NCBI RefSeq assembly: GCF_001194135.2 | Contig: NC_068990.1 | Location: 93,472,172 to 93,536,171 of the forward strand | Length of the DNA stretch: 64,000 nucleotides | Direction: 5' to 3' | DNA from: Octopus bimaculoides | Lineage: Eukaryota | Part shown: piece by piece, positions 51,091 through 61,727 of the stretch | Numbering within the stretch: position 1 is the stretch's first letter | Layout of the letters: each line of letters begins with the position of its first letter | Notes under the pieces: generated by a model | Databases searched by the model: none | What the model was told of the DNA's origin: nothing | Seen by the model: the letters and a program-made list of their open reading frames with translations, nothing else | Made by a program: the position numbers and the translations under genes

Positions 51091-53599
51091 GGCAACTTTA
51101 ATTATAAACTGCTGCTAATTATTTCATTAAAACAAATTTCATTTGTAATCATCATTTTTGTTTTTGTTGATGTGCAGGTATTGTGAACTACATGGTTTCC
51201 CAACAAGGTGGTGCTTCTAAACTTCAGACTTCTGCCAAGGAACTCCAGAAATACATGAAAGAAGATGATATTACCATTGTTGGCTTTTTTAACAGTTTAG
51301 ATGCACCTTTGATGTCTTCTTATTTAGATGCAGGTGAGATACAATTTACCTGGTTTTTCTTTATAAGGTTAGTCAGAAGGGTAATTAGGGTATTTGTCAT
51401 GACTTTTTAAGGCCCATATCTCCTTATTTTCTTCTGATTAGTTTTTAATTAATAACTGATTGACTCTCGTTAGGAAAGCATTTCAGTTATTTATTTTCTG
51501 TTGTTGACTTAAATTTTCAGGTGAATTAAGTTTGCTTTTTGTTAGTTGTTGTCCAGAAATTACTTGACCATTGACAATGTTTTCCACTTCCAGAAGGAGG
51601 CTGGTTTCTTTTCTGTCCATTTTGGAACAGAAACATTTCTTGGAGGACGCTGAAATTGAAATTAATCCTTAATTTTGGTTTTTATTGCTAAAAGTAAAAC
51701 AGAAAAATGTAAATAAATGAATTTGGTGATGAGTTTTTTTTTTTTTTTGTTACTTATCCTTCATCTAAAAGGTGATGGACTTTTTGTCATATTTACTAAT
51801 AAAGTAAAAATTATGCAATATTTTCCTTCAGTTGTCACTGAACCATTTTAGTTGTTTTTGATTAAATATTCTATAAATATGACGTCTGTTTAATATTCAA
51901 CATCTGTTGAGATACATACGGCACCAGTAGAATATATGTGGAATATATGGCGTCTGTGGCAATATACAACTGTTGAAGTATGTTATATTTTATTTATTTC
52001 AGCAAATGAAGTCCGAGATGACTATAAGTTTGCTCATGTCCTCAATAAAGATGTCACCAAATCTTATGGTCTGATTGCAAACTCTATAGTTGTCTTTGTC
52101 CCAGAAAGATTCCAGACAGAATATGAACCAAAGAAACATGTTTTAGACAAGGTATGTTTCTTTTCTTTAACTCCCTTTTTTTTTTTTTTTTTTGTTGGCT
52201 CAGATCATTTTAGCTGCAAATAGTTGTCAAAGAAACATGTATAACAAGTGTTTCATTAAGTCACAGTTGTGGATCAACACTTATTAGATAGCAAATTCCT
52301 CATTCTGGTTTCAATATCAGGTTGCAGCTATTTTTCATACTCTTGCATTGGGAGAGGCATGAGCATCACAACTCCATGTCTTTCCTCAACGAACCCTTGA
52401 AAGATTAGATTTCATGTCAACCGGAGAAAAAACAGCAACGGGAAAATGCGCACCATAGCAAGTTACAGCTCAACTTATGACCAAACAAAGGAGTCTCTAC
52501 ATGGTTGCTCCACCTGCTAGAAATAGCAGCCGAATCTCCCTCAAGCACATTCTACTGTATATCAAAATGCACACTACTACATTGGATAATGTAGTCTTAG
52601 ATGCACTGTTTGAATCAAAAAATGGGGTGGGCATGGTTTGATTACAGTTGTGCTCAATTTCCCAAACTGAGCCAACCCTTTCAGTCCATTGCCAAAAGCA
52701 ATTTAGTAGAATCCTCCTTTCTTCAGCTTCTCTACATGATGTTTCTACAAGCAGGACTTCTGTGAAGAAATTCTCCCCAGTTACTTCCTGCTCTGTAACC
52801 TAATTCCATGTTGCACGTAGACAAGTGTCCTTCCAAACTGTCTCTTTCCACTCCACCAGTCTCTCACTGTTACTTATATGACGTGAAAATATAGGTGCAG
52901 GAGTGGCTTTGTGGTAAGTAGCTTGCTGACCAACCACATGGTTCCAGGTTCAGTCCCAATGCATGGCACCTTGGGCAAGTGTCTTCTTCTATAACCTTGG
53001 GGCCCACCAAAACCTTGTGAGTGGATTTGGTAGACGGAAACTGAAAGAAGCCTGTCGTGTATGTATGTATATATATATGTGTGTCTGTGTTTGTCCCCCC
53101 AACATCGCTTGACAACTGATGCTGGTGTGTTTACGTCCTCGTAACTTAGCGTTTCTGCGAAAGAACCAATAGGATAAGTACTAGGCTTGCAAAGAGTAAG
53201 TCCTGGGGTCGATTTGCTCCAGCATGACCACAGTCAAATGACTGAAACAAGCAAAAGAATAAAAGAATACTTTCAGCCACTTAAACAAACCAATGTTAAC
53301 AGTGGCCCCTGAATTTATTTTCTCTGCCATTGTTTCTGATCATTCACATTACTTTCTTTCTTTCTTTCCAGGATGATGCAGTGAGGTCAGACATTTTGAA
53401 TTTTATTGAGAAAAACCAGTTCCCTCTCGTTGGCCATTACAACTTCAACAATGAGAAGAAGTACAATACAAAATATCCACTTTGTCTTGTGTTCTACACT
53501 GTCGACTGGAGTTTTGACTATAGAAAAGGTGAGAAGGGACCACTTTAACCTGTCCTTTAACTGGTAGTCATTGTATTTGAGTGAGACAAACATAAAGCA

Positions 53600-53633
<34 letters not shown>

Positions 53634-55613
53634 TATATATACATACACATATGTAAAAATATATTTACCACTCCTAGCATTTTGACTTCATATCTGACCC
53701 CATTAAGTGTTTCCTGGCTTGAAAATCTTTATTAATGATTCTAAAATACCAAGATCACGGAGACAACTAGAAGCTTATCTCTTAATATATGGTGAACTTT
53801 TAGGGTAAAAGAAAAAAAAAACAACATTGATTTTGTGAATGAAACAAATTTATAAACTAAAAAAGTATTTGGTTGGAAAGCACAAAAACTATTGTAATAA
53901 TAACAGAAATAACTTCATGGAAACTCATGAAGGCCATCAGAACTCTGTTAATACTTGTTTATAAGACTTATCACTTAAACACTAGAGAACTGTGCCTCCC
54001 AATGGTACTTCTTTATGGATAGCTGTACCTCCCAGGGGTAACTATCTACGTTTTTGGTACCTACTTACAAGTAAGAGTCATGTGTCTCTCGAAAGACTCA
54101 GTACAGTACCTGTAAGCTAATTCTTTAATAATTTACCAGTGAGAATACCTGTAAAAATACCTGTAAGCATGCTTAGAACAAACCTGACAGCTAATTCTTT
54201 AATAACGCCTAAACCATTTGAGCTAAAGTTTTCCATTTTTTTTCTTTTTACTTCATGGAAGTTTCCAGAACCAGTTGATATCGTTGCAAAAAATCTAAAT
54301 CAAATTTTTAAAGATAAGAATCCTGCTACTTATGCTAATGAGATTTTCTGGGTTTTTTTCTTCTCTCTAAAGCAACCCAGATCTGGCGGAAGAAGATTGC
54401 CAAAATTGTCCGAAACTACAAAAGCATCACTTTTGCTGTTGCCAATGAAGATGACCATTCTAATTTAATGAAAGATTTTGGATTTGAAGATTCTGGTGAA
54501 GATATGAACATTGGAATAATGACAGAAGAAAAACGTTATGCCATGGAACCAATGGATGAATTTGACTCGTCTCATATTGAATCGTTTTTAGACGACTTTG
54601 TTAGCGGTTAGTGTCTGCACTTTTTTTTGTTAAAGTTCAAAACTTTAATCAATTTCAAGTTGGCATAAGTTGTACATGTTGAAATATCTAACATGTCGTA
54701 TAGACAAAGAATAATGCTGAGCAATGTTGGCTATATTTTACACATGTCCAGTTTATTTCATTCAATTCTTGGTGGTTTTGCCAGCAAGCATCTGGAAATA
54801 TAACCTTTTTCTTAAATTTGATATCTTAAGTTTATTCTGTGAATTAATAGGCTAGAAAGGGCATCCAGCTGTAGAAATATTGCCAGATTGGATTGGAGCC
54901 TAGTGCAGCCTTCTGGCTCGCCAGCCCTCAGTCAAACCGTCCAACCCATACCAGCATGGAAAGCAGATGTTAAGCAACGACAATGATGATGATGATATAC
55001 ATGGAACAATGGTTTCATGACTCACATGGAACTTTTGATAGTTTTATTTCAGCAGAGTACTCTTCTTCTCTATAAAAATCAACTGCATTTCCTTATGTTT
55101 GTCTCTTACTATTTGTATATATTTCTAAACACAACCGAAAGTATAGCATGCATCAGTTTTGATTTCCATTGTAATTATAAATTTGTTTATATTCCTGCAG
55201 GTAATCTAAAACCACACATCAAATCGCAGCCAATTCCCAAGAAAGACAAAGGTCCAGTTGTCACAGTTGTGGCCAACAACTTTAATTCTGTGGTTCTTGA
55301 CAAGTCGAAAGATGTCCTTATTGAATTTTATGCCCCATGGTGTGGTCATTGTCAGAAATTGGAACCTATATACAAAAAACTTGCCAAATCACTGCAGAAA
55401 AATAAAAATCTTGTTATTGCCAAGATGGATGCAACAGCTAATGATGTGCCTTCTAATTTCAAAACAGAAGGTTTTCCAACTATTTATTTTGTTCCCACCA
55501 ATAATAAGGAAAACCCTGTAAAATTTACTGGCGGCAGAGAGTTGAAAGATTTTGTTAAATTCCTTGAAGAACATAGCACCGTCTCACTAAACACTAAACA
55601 TATTGAATTGTAA
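41591..55613 (+). CDS. PDIA4: Protein disulfide-isomerase A4 (ERp72), 11 coding exons, 1878-nt CDS, 625 aa
   Basis: Spliced translation gives a signal peptide, three thioredoxin domains with [10 protein letters not shown] in a-a-b-b'-a' order, the PDIA4-type segment [16 protein letters not shown], and C-terminal HIEL. All 10 introns are GT..AG with matching phases. Confidence 0.96.
43244..43253. promoter_or_regulatory. Perfect CRE/ATF palindrome ATGACGTCAT in PDIA4 intron 1
   Basis: Sequence match only. Confidence 0.3.
44035..44430 (-). mobile_element. Decayed RTE LINE fragment (post-RT region) in PDIA4 intron 1
   Basis: Minus strand resembles [21 protein letters not shown], with many stops and frameshifts. 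Confidence 0.6.
45279..45384 (+). CDS. PDIA4: PDIA4 exon 2 ([36 protein letters not shown])
   Basis: Pyrimidine tract + tag| acceptor, TG|gtaag donor, thioredoxin N-terminal motif. Confidence 0.95.
45966..46088 (+). CDS. PDIA4: PDIA4 exon 3 ([11 protein letters not shown]...[12 protein letters not shown])
   Basis: ttcag| acceptor, first CGHC, AG|gtattt donor. Confidence 0.95.
47600..47682 (+). CDS. PDIA4: PDIA4 exon 4 ([28 protein letters not shown])
   Basis: tgtcag| acceptor, GYPT cis-Pro loop, G|gtatgt donor. Confidence 0.95.
48679..48817 (+). CDS. PDIA4: PDIA4 exon 5 ([24 protein letters not shown]...EFYAPW)
   Basis: aacag| acceptor, WKPPPEAV linker typical of PDIA4, TG|gtataa donor. 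Confidence 0.95.
49847..50052 (+). CDS. PDIA4: PDIA4 exon 6 ([15 protein letters not shown]...GPREDYG)
   Basis: Second CGHC, ttttag| acceptor, G|gtaaaa donor. Confidence 0.96.
51178..51333 (+). CDS. PDIA4: PDIA4 exon 7 (b domain start, [11 protein letters not shown]...SSYLDA)
   Basis: tgcag| acceptor, G|gtgaga donor, phases fit. Confidence 0.93.
52003..52151 (+). CDS. PDIA4: PDIA4 exon 8 ([12 protein letters not shown]...EPKKHVLDK)
   Basis: tttcag| acceptor, AAG|gtatgt donor. Confidence 0.93.
52893..53268 (+). mobile_element. tRNA-headed SINE group B, full length, with internal (TG/TA)n tract, in PDIA4 intron 8
   Basis: gtggtaagtagcttgc..ggttcagtccc..ggcaccttgggcaagtgtcttct..gatttggtagacggaaactgaaagaagcc..cagtcaaatgactgaaacaag. 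Confidence 0.85.
53372..53528 (+). CDS. PDIA4: PDIA4 exon 9 ([23 protein letters not shown]...DWSFDYRK)
   Basis: ttccag| acceptor, G|gtgaga donor, PLVGH and DxSFDYR motifs. Confidence 0.94.
54373..54606 (+). CDS. PDIA4: PDIA4 exon 10 ([11 protein letters not shown]...FLDDFVS)
   Basis: Only the AAG acceptor at 54370-54372 keeps the frame; G|gttagt donor; includes FAVANEDD and FGFEDSGED segments. Confidence 0.92.
55201..55613 (+). CDS. PDIA4: PDIA4 exon 11 ([14 protein letters not shown]...WCGHC...NTKHIEL*)
   Basis: ctgcag| acceptor, third [24 protein letters not shown] at 55611-55613. Confidence 0.97.
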
Positions 55614-55647
55614 GATTGAAAAATGAAATTTCAAAATTCTTCCTAAT

Positions 55648-55747
55648 TTTTATTATGATTATTATTATTATTATTATTATTATGATTATTATTATGATTA
55701 TTATTATGATTATTATTATGATTATTATTATGATTATTATTATTATG

Positions 55748-55785
<38 letters not shown>

Positions 55786-55861
55786 GATTATTATGATTAT
55801 TATTATTATGATTATTATGATTATTATTATTATTATTATTATTATCATCATCATCATTATT
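55648..55861. repeat. Compound (ATT)n/(ATG) microsatellite starting 35 nt after the PDIA4 stop
   Basis: Direct inspection. Confidence 0.95.
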
Positions 55862-55862
55862 A

Positions 55863-56070
55863 AGGCAGCGAGCTGGCAGAATCGTTAGCACTCTGGGCAA
55901 AATGCTTAGCGGTATTTTGTCTGTCTTTATGTTCTAAGTTCAAATTCTGCCGAGGTCGACTTTACCTTTCATCCTTTCGGGGTCGATAAATTAAGTACCA
56001 GTTGCATGCTGGGGTCGATCTGACTGGCCACTCCCCCAAAATTTCAGGCCTTGTGCCTAGAGTAGAAAGG
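55863..56070 (+). mobile_element. tRNA-headed SINE group A, full length, in the putative PDIA4 3'UTR
   Basis: A-box-like tggcagaatcg, B-box-like gttcaaatt, core gaggtcgacttt(a/g)cctttcatcctttcggggtcgataaa, and (ATT)n tail. Confidence 0.85.
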
Positions 56071-57015
56071 ATTATTATTATTATGATAAAGATCTTGTGA
56101 TTGTTGTGTGTCTCAACAAATGTCTTCAACCTACAATTTTCTATTCTTCCATTTGCAAATTCATTCAACTTGAAGAATATTTTGAGTAAAAATTTTTCAC
56201 TTTTGCTTTCCTCTCAAAAACATTTTCATCTGTAATATTTTTTTTTATAAAAAAATAAAAAAGTTCAATTCTAATGGAGAATTCGTTCCTGGATTCCAGA
56301 CCATTCTCAATCTGTCTTTGGGTTCAATTCTCTGCATTCCCATTCGTGTTCTTGCATGTGTGATGCATCTGTCTACTGAAGCAACTACTGACAAATGTAG
56401 TATCAGCTGTAGTATTAATAGTAGTAACAATAGGAGTTATAGTTGTAATACTCACAACTCCAAATGTGCTCACTTCAGGCTCCTGGTAACCTCCTCCTCC
56501 AAAATCCAACTGCTTCGTTGATCTCTTCACAAAAGATGTTGTACATGCCTCTCGTGGCGTATCATAAACTTCAGTTTTTTTTTTTGTTTGTTTTTGGTAA
56601 AAGTAACTGGTTTGTTCTCTCTCTCTTGTGGAATTTTCATTATGAAAAATTTAATCAATGCTGATTGATCCTGATAGGATTTTAGGTTAATTAAATTACT
56701 TCATTTGTAGTTACTGTTTAAAGGAGCTTATTGTTATTTCTCAGCTCCATGGTGAGGTGGGGGTGGAGACTAAACAGTCATAGTGTTGGGTAAGCGGTGG
56801 GTGTCAATTAGTGTGCGGTGGGGGGGGATGCACTCATGTTAGGTAACGAAGGTGGTGGCTATAGTATGAGGCTGTGTTAAGCCACCATTCCAGCGTTAGG
56901 TGACAAAGAGGGACCAAACAATGGCAGTGTTAGCTATAATAAAGTTTGTGTATAAAATGCAAAGAAATGATATCCTAATTATTAATTTTGTATGGGGTCC
57001 AACAAAACTTATGTA

Positions 57016-57021
57016 AATAAA
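57016..57021 (+). terminator. Candidate PDIA4 polyadenylation signal AATAAA (alternative at 56254-56259)
   Basis: AATAAA followed by a U/GU-rich stretch (tgttctgttttttgtttgtc). Confidence 0.45.
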
Positions 57022-57799
57022 AATCTTTTTGACAACATGTTCTGTTTTTTTGTTTGTCATTGTTGTATCCTCTGTCATTACTATGTACCTCATCGGTTTT
57101 TATACAAAAGAGATGGCTGTGGGCTTAAGAAGAGGTTTGCTTCCCAACCATGTGGTTTCAAGTTCAGTTCCAATGCATGGCACCTTCTGCTATATCACAG
57201 GACCGACAAAAGTTTTGTCAGTGCATTTGATTGAAGGAAACTGAAAGAAGCCGTGTGTGTGTGTATATATATATTTTTGTTTCAGTCATTTGATTGTGGT
57301 CCTGCTGGAGCACTGCCTTTAGTTGAGCAAATCGACCCCAGGACTTATTCTTTGTAAGCCTAGTACTTATTTTATCAGCCCCTTTTGCCGAACTGCTACG
57401 TTATGGGGACGTAAACACATCAGCATCGGTTGTCAAGCGATGTTGGTGGGATAAACACAGACACACCAACATACACACACACACACATATATATATATTT
57501 TGATGATACATAAATACATACATATATAGATGATACATACATATATATAGATGATACATACATACATATATAGATGATATATATATATNNNNNNNNNNNN
57601 NNNNNNNNNNNNNNNNNNNNNNNNNNNNNNNNNNNNNNNNNNNNNNNNNNNNNNNNNNNNNNNNNNNNNNNNNNNNNNNNNNNNNNNNATATATATATAT
57701 AGTATTAGTACACACATATATATATATATAACATTAGTACTTTATATATATATATAGTATTAGTACTTATATATATATATGTATATATAGTATTAGTAC

Positions 57800-58100
57800 T
57801 ATCATCATCATCATTTAACGTCTGCTTTCCATGCTAGCATGGGTTGAACGATGTGACTAAGGACTGGCAAGCCAGACGGCTGCACCAGGCTCCAATCTGA
57901 TCTGGCAGAGTTTCTACAGCTGGATGCCCTTCCTAACGCCAACCACTCCAAGAGTGTAGTGGGTGCTTTTATGTGCCACTGGCACGAGGGCCAGTCACAC
58001 GGTACTGGCAACAGCCACGCTCAAAAAGGTATTTTTTACATGCCATCTGCACAGGAGCCAGTCCAGCGGCACTGGCAATGACCTCGCTCAAATGATTTTC
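57800..58100 (-). mobile_element. RTE-type 3' end with (GAT)n tail. Similar copies near 335-390(-), 1277-1400(+), 5440-5670(+), 21655-21860(-), 30575-30818(+), 44830-45088(+), 48025-48150(+), 54850-54995(+)
   Basis: Shared consensus ttaggaagggcatccagctgtagaaac..gtccaacccatgccagcatggaaagc.gacgttaaatgatgat. Confidence 0.75.
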
Positions 58101-58114
58101 TANNNNNNNNNNTT

Positions 58115-58749
58115 TTTAGTGTCCAATGAAGTAAAGATATGAATAAGTGAGCTGGCTACACTTCTGGTAGAGGTCACAGATTATGCTCCCTCTTGCCTTG
58201 CCGGGTCTTCTCACGTACTGCATATTTCCAAAGGTCCCAGTCACTAGTCATTGCCTCCAGTTGTCCTCTAAGTTATATGTCCCCAACTCTTCCACGCTTT
58301 CTTCAGAAGCTTCCATTAGCAAATCTCTAAATTTTTGTCTGTTTGCTGGGTCTTTGAGCTTCCATAGTCTTCTTTTCCAGATTGGTTTATTTCTCCGGGT
58401 CTTTCTGGCTCTAATTCTGAAGTCACTGACTAGTAACCTATCTTAGTTTGTACACTCTTCACCTGGGAAAGACTTTGTATTTTTAAGCATCCATCTATCT
58501 CGTTTCCTGGTGAGGAGGCAGTCAATCTGTCTGATGTGCTCACCAGACTGATAAGTGATTAAGTGGCTGGCTGGTATTTTGAAGTTAGTGTTGCAGATCA
58601 TGAGATCATTTGCATCACAGAACTCCAGCAGCCTTATTCCCTCCTCATTTTTAGGTCCAAAACCATAGCTCCCATGCACTCCCTAGAATCCAGGGGGGTG
58701 CTGTCCAACATGTCCATTGAAGTCACCAGCCACAATAATAAAGTCTCTG

Positions 58750-58751
<2 letters not shown>
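58115..58751 (-). mobile_element. RTE-clade LINE fragment, APE endonuclease region
   Basis: VAGDFNGHVG, GYGFGPKNEEGIRLLEFC, ICNTNFK, TYQSG..IDCLL. Confidence 0.85.
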
Positions 58752-58784
<33 letters not shown>

Positions 58785-59150
58785 TATATATNNNNNNNNN
58801 NNNNNNNNNNNNNNNNNNNNNNNNNNNNNNNNNNNNNNNNNNNNNNNNNNNNNNNNNNNNNNNNNNNNNNNNNNNNNNNNNNNNNNNNNNNNNNNNNNNN
58901 NNNNNNNNNNNNNNNNNNNNNNNNNNNNNNNNNNNNNNNNNNNNNNNNNNNNNNNNNNNNNNNNNNNNNNNNNNNNNNNNNNNNNNNNNNNNNNNNNNNN
59001 NNNNNNNNNNNNNNNNNNNNNNNNNNNNNNNNNNNNNNNNNNNNNNNNNNNNNNNNNNNNNNNNNNNNNNNNNNNNNNNNNNNNNNNNNNNNNNNNNNNN
59101 NNNNNNNNNNNNNNNNNNNNNNNNNNNNNNNNNNNNNNNNNNNNNNNNNA

Positions 59151-59360
59151 TGGTTGTCAACTCCTTATGCATAGTCTGACCAGGTCTGATGTGGCTTTTT
59201 AAACCAGACATTATATTGAAGAGACACCCACATAGATTGCATATCTGCTTCGGACCACCAAGAACTGCAGTTAAGTTCTGATCTTTGTGGATCTTAAAAT
59301 GTCTTTTGAGGCCTCTGTTCGATTTGCAGACCTTATGGCATTGAAAGGGGTGCACAGACA
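59151..59360 (-). pseudogene. Degenerate pair of C2H2-like zinc fingers (LINE C-terminus or ZNF relic)
   Basis: KVCKSNRGLKRHFKIH and ICNLCGCLFNIMSGLKSHIR, with ligand or spacing defects; bordered by an N gap. Confidence 0.5.
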
Positions 59361-59794
59361 TACAGGGAGAATAGTTGGTGGAGGTTCGTTTTTCATATAC
59401 TTACATACATTTAAACACACACACACATGCTCTCATATGCTCACACATACACATTGACACACTACTTTATACAGACTCTAATAAATGGCTGTTAATGTCA
59501 ACTGAGAATTGGTGTACTGTCAAAATTAGTTTTTCAGAGAATCATCAAAATTGTTATAACTACTTGTGTATATTAATCAAAAATTGGACAAGGTCTACTT
59601 CATCTCGTTAAAAGGACATCATCCACTGATGTAATTAAGGTTAATAACATAAAACATAAATAAAATAAAATGAATGAAAACAAAAAACAACAAAGAAAAG
59701 ATGTTTAAAATTCAGTCATGTATCACAGTTTAAAACGTAAATTTATCTTCAAAAACAGACATTGCACGTCACAAAGTAAAATCAAACACCATGT

Positions 59795-60275
<481 letters not shown>

Positions 60276-61220
60276 CATAGCATAGGAAAGAGGGTTGATT
60301 AACTTAAAAACCCCCTAAAACTTTGATTCTTTTGTTTTTTACAACTTGGTTTCTGAGCTGTGAATATTCAATGTGAATTCCATTGATTTTAGTTTAATAA
60401 TGAACTCAGAAAAGAGGATTTATGTAACTTCTTTTACAAAGTCTTTGTACTTCGAATGAATTGTTGCTCCCAGCTTCAGTTGTTAGTCAGACTTATTCTG
60501 ACATGCGATTCTGATTATTGCAAATATTATCAAACATGATCAATATGTCACTTATCCTAAAATACGTCTGAGTGTGTGTGCGAGAGAGAGAGAGATAGAA
60601 AGAGGGATAGAGAGAGAGTGGAAGAGAGAAGAAGAAGAAAGAGATAAAGAGAGTGAGAGAGAGAGAAAGAGAGAAGAAAGAGAGAGAGGGTGTGTGTGTG
60701 TGCTTGAACATGAAAGAGTGAGAGATAGAGAATGACAATAGGAATTAGCATGTGTGTGTGTGTGTCAGAGAGAGAGAGAGAGAGTGTGAGAAAGAGAGGG
60801 AGAGTGTGTGTATGAGTGAGGGAGAGAGGGAAAGACAGACAGAGAGACAGACAGGGCAAATAAGTGTGTGTGTGTGTTTCTCTTTTAAATGTCTATTGAT
60901 TAAGTTAATTATCATCTCCGTATATTAAGTAATATCAACTGACCACTTTATCACATAAATGATATCTATATCGTGAAGTATATTTGCCACCTAAATGTGA
61001 CTAACCCTTAAGGGTTGATGCTACTGTAGCTTGTAGCCCCAGGAAGACACCTCCTCCAGCTGGCTATTGATACATTATCTGTGTCCTGTCAGTTTTTGCT
61101 CAGAGATTTATTATTGATATCATTTATGTGATTGTGATAGATCAGCATTTCTCTCCTCCTCCTCCTCTTGAGATCTCTAACTATTCCTACTGTGGTAGGA
61201 GGATAGCAATGAATGCATTG

Positions 61221-61254
<34 letters not shown>

Positions 61255-61344
61255 CAAAGAGAATATGAATTTTATAGACTTAACAATGAACAAGAAACAT
61301 GGTTCAATAATCAATTAATGTATTCCCAGATTAATTAACATAGT

Positions 61345-61501
61345 ATGCTCAACTTAATGAATGCTCAATTTAATGAATGCTCATCTTAATGAATGCTCAA
61401 CTTAATGAATGCTCATCTTAATGAATGCTCATCTAAATGAATGCTCAACTTAATGAATGCTTAAGTTAATGAATGCTCAAGTTAACGAATGTTCATCTTA
61501 A
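61345..61501. repeat. 16-bp minisatellite ATGCTCA(A/T)CTTAATGA, about 9.8 copies
   Basis: Units counted directly at a 16-nt period. Confidence 0.95.
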
Positions 61502-61727
61502 TTTTCCTCTGGTAATATTTACTGCTTATTTCTTTGCATTTTTTGACTATTTTTTTCTTTTAATATTTAGAGATGGACAATGGCCAAGTATTTTATGATA
61601 AATAAATGTTTTATCACTTAAGAATTTAGTCCTATTAAAAAGATGTTACTTTAGCTTAGATATAAATAGAGAAGAGTGAGGAGACGGGAACAGACTATAA
61701 AATCATGGCCATACAATACTTTAGGAC

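Noticed and set aside
55017-55200. N-terminal part of the 198-aa ORF (MTHMELL...)
   Set aside because: Intronic read-through upstream of the PDIA4 exon 11 acceptor at 55200. The same applies to the flanks of ORFs at 49830, 51183, 51936 and 53330.
55863-55950. tRNA gene (A and B boxes)
   Set aside because: The boxes belong to a SINE head repeated many times. There is no cloverleaf and the sequence continues into the SINE core.
61345-61501. CRISPR-like appearance of the regular repeat
   Set aside because: Head-to-tail units without unique spacers, eukaryotic context, no cas genes.
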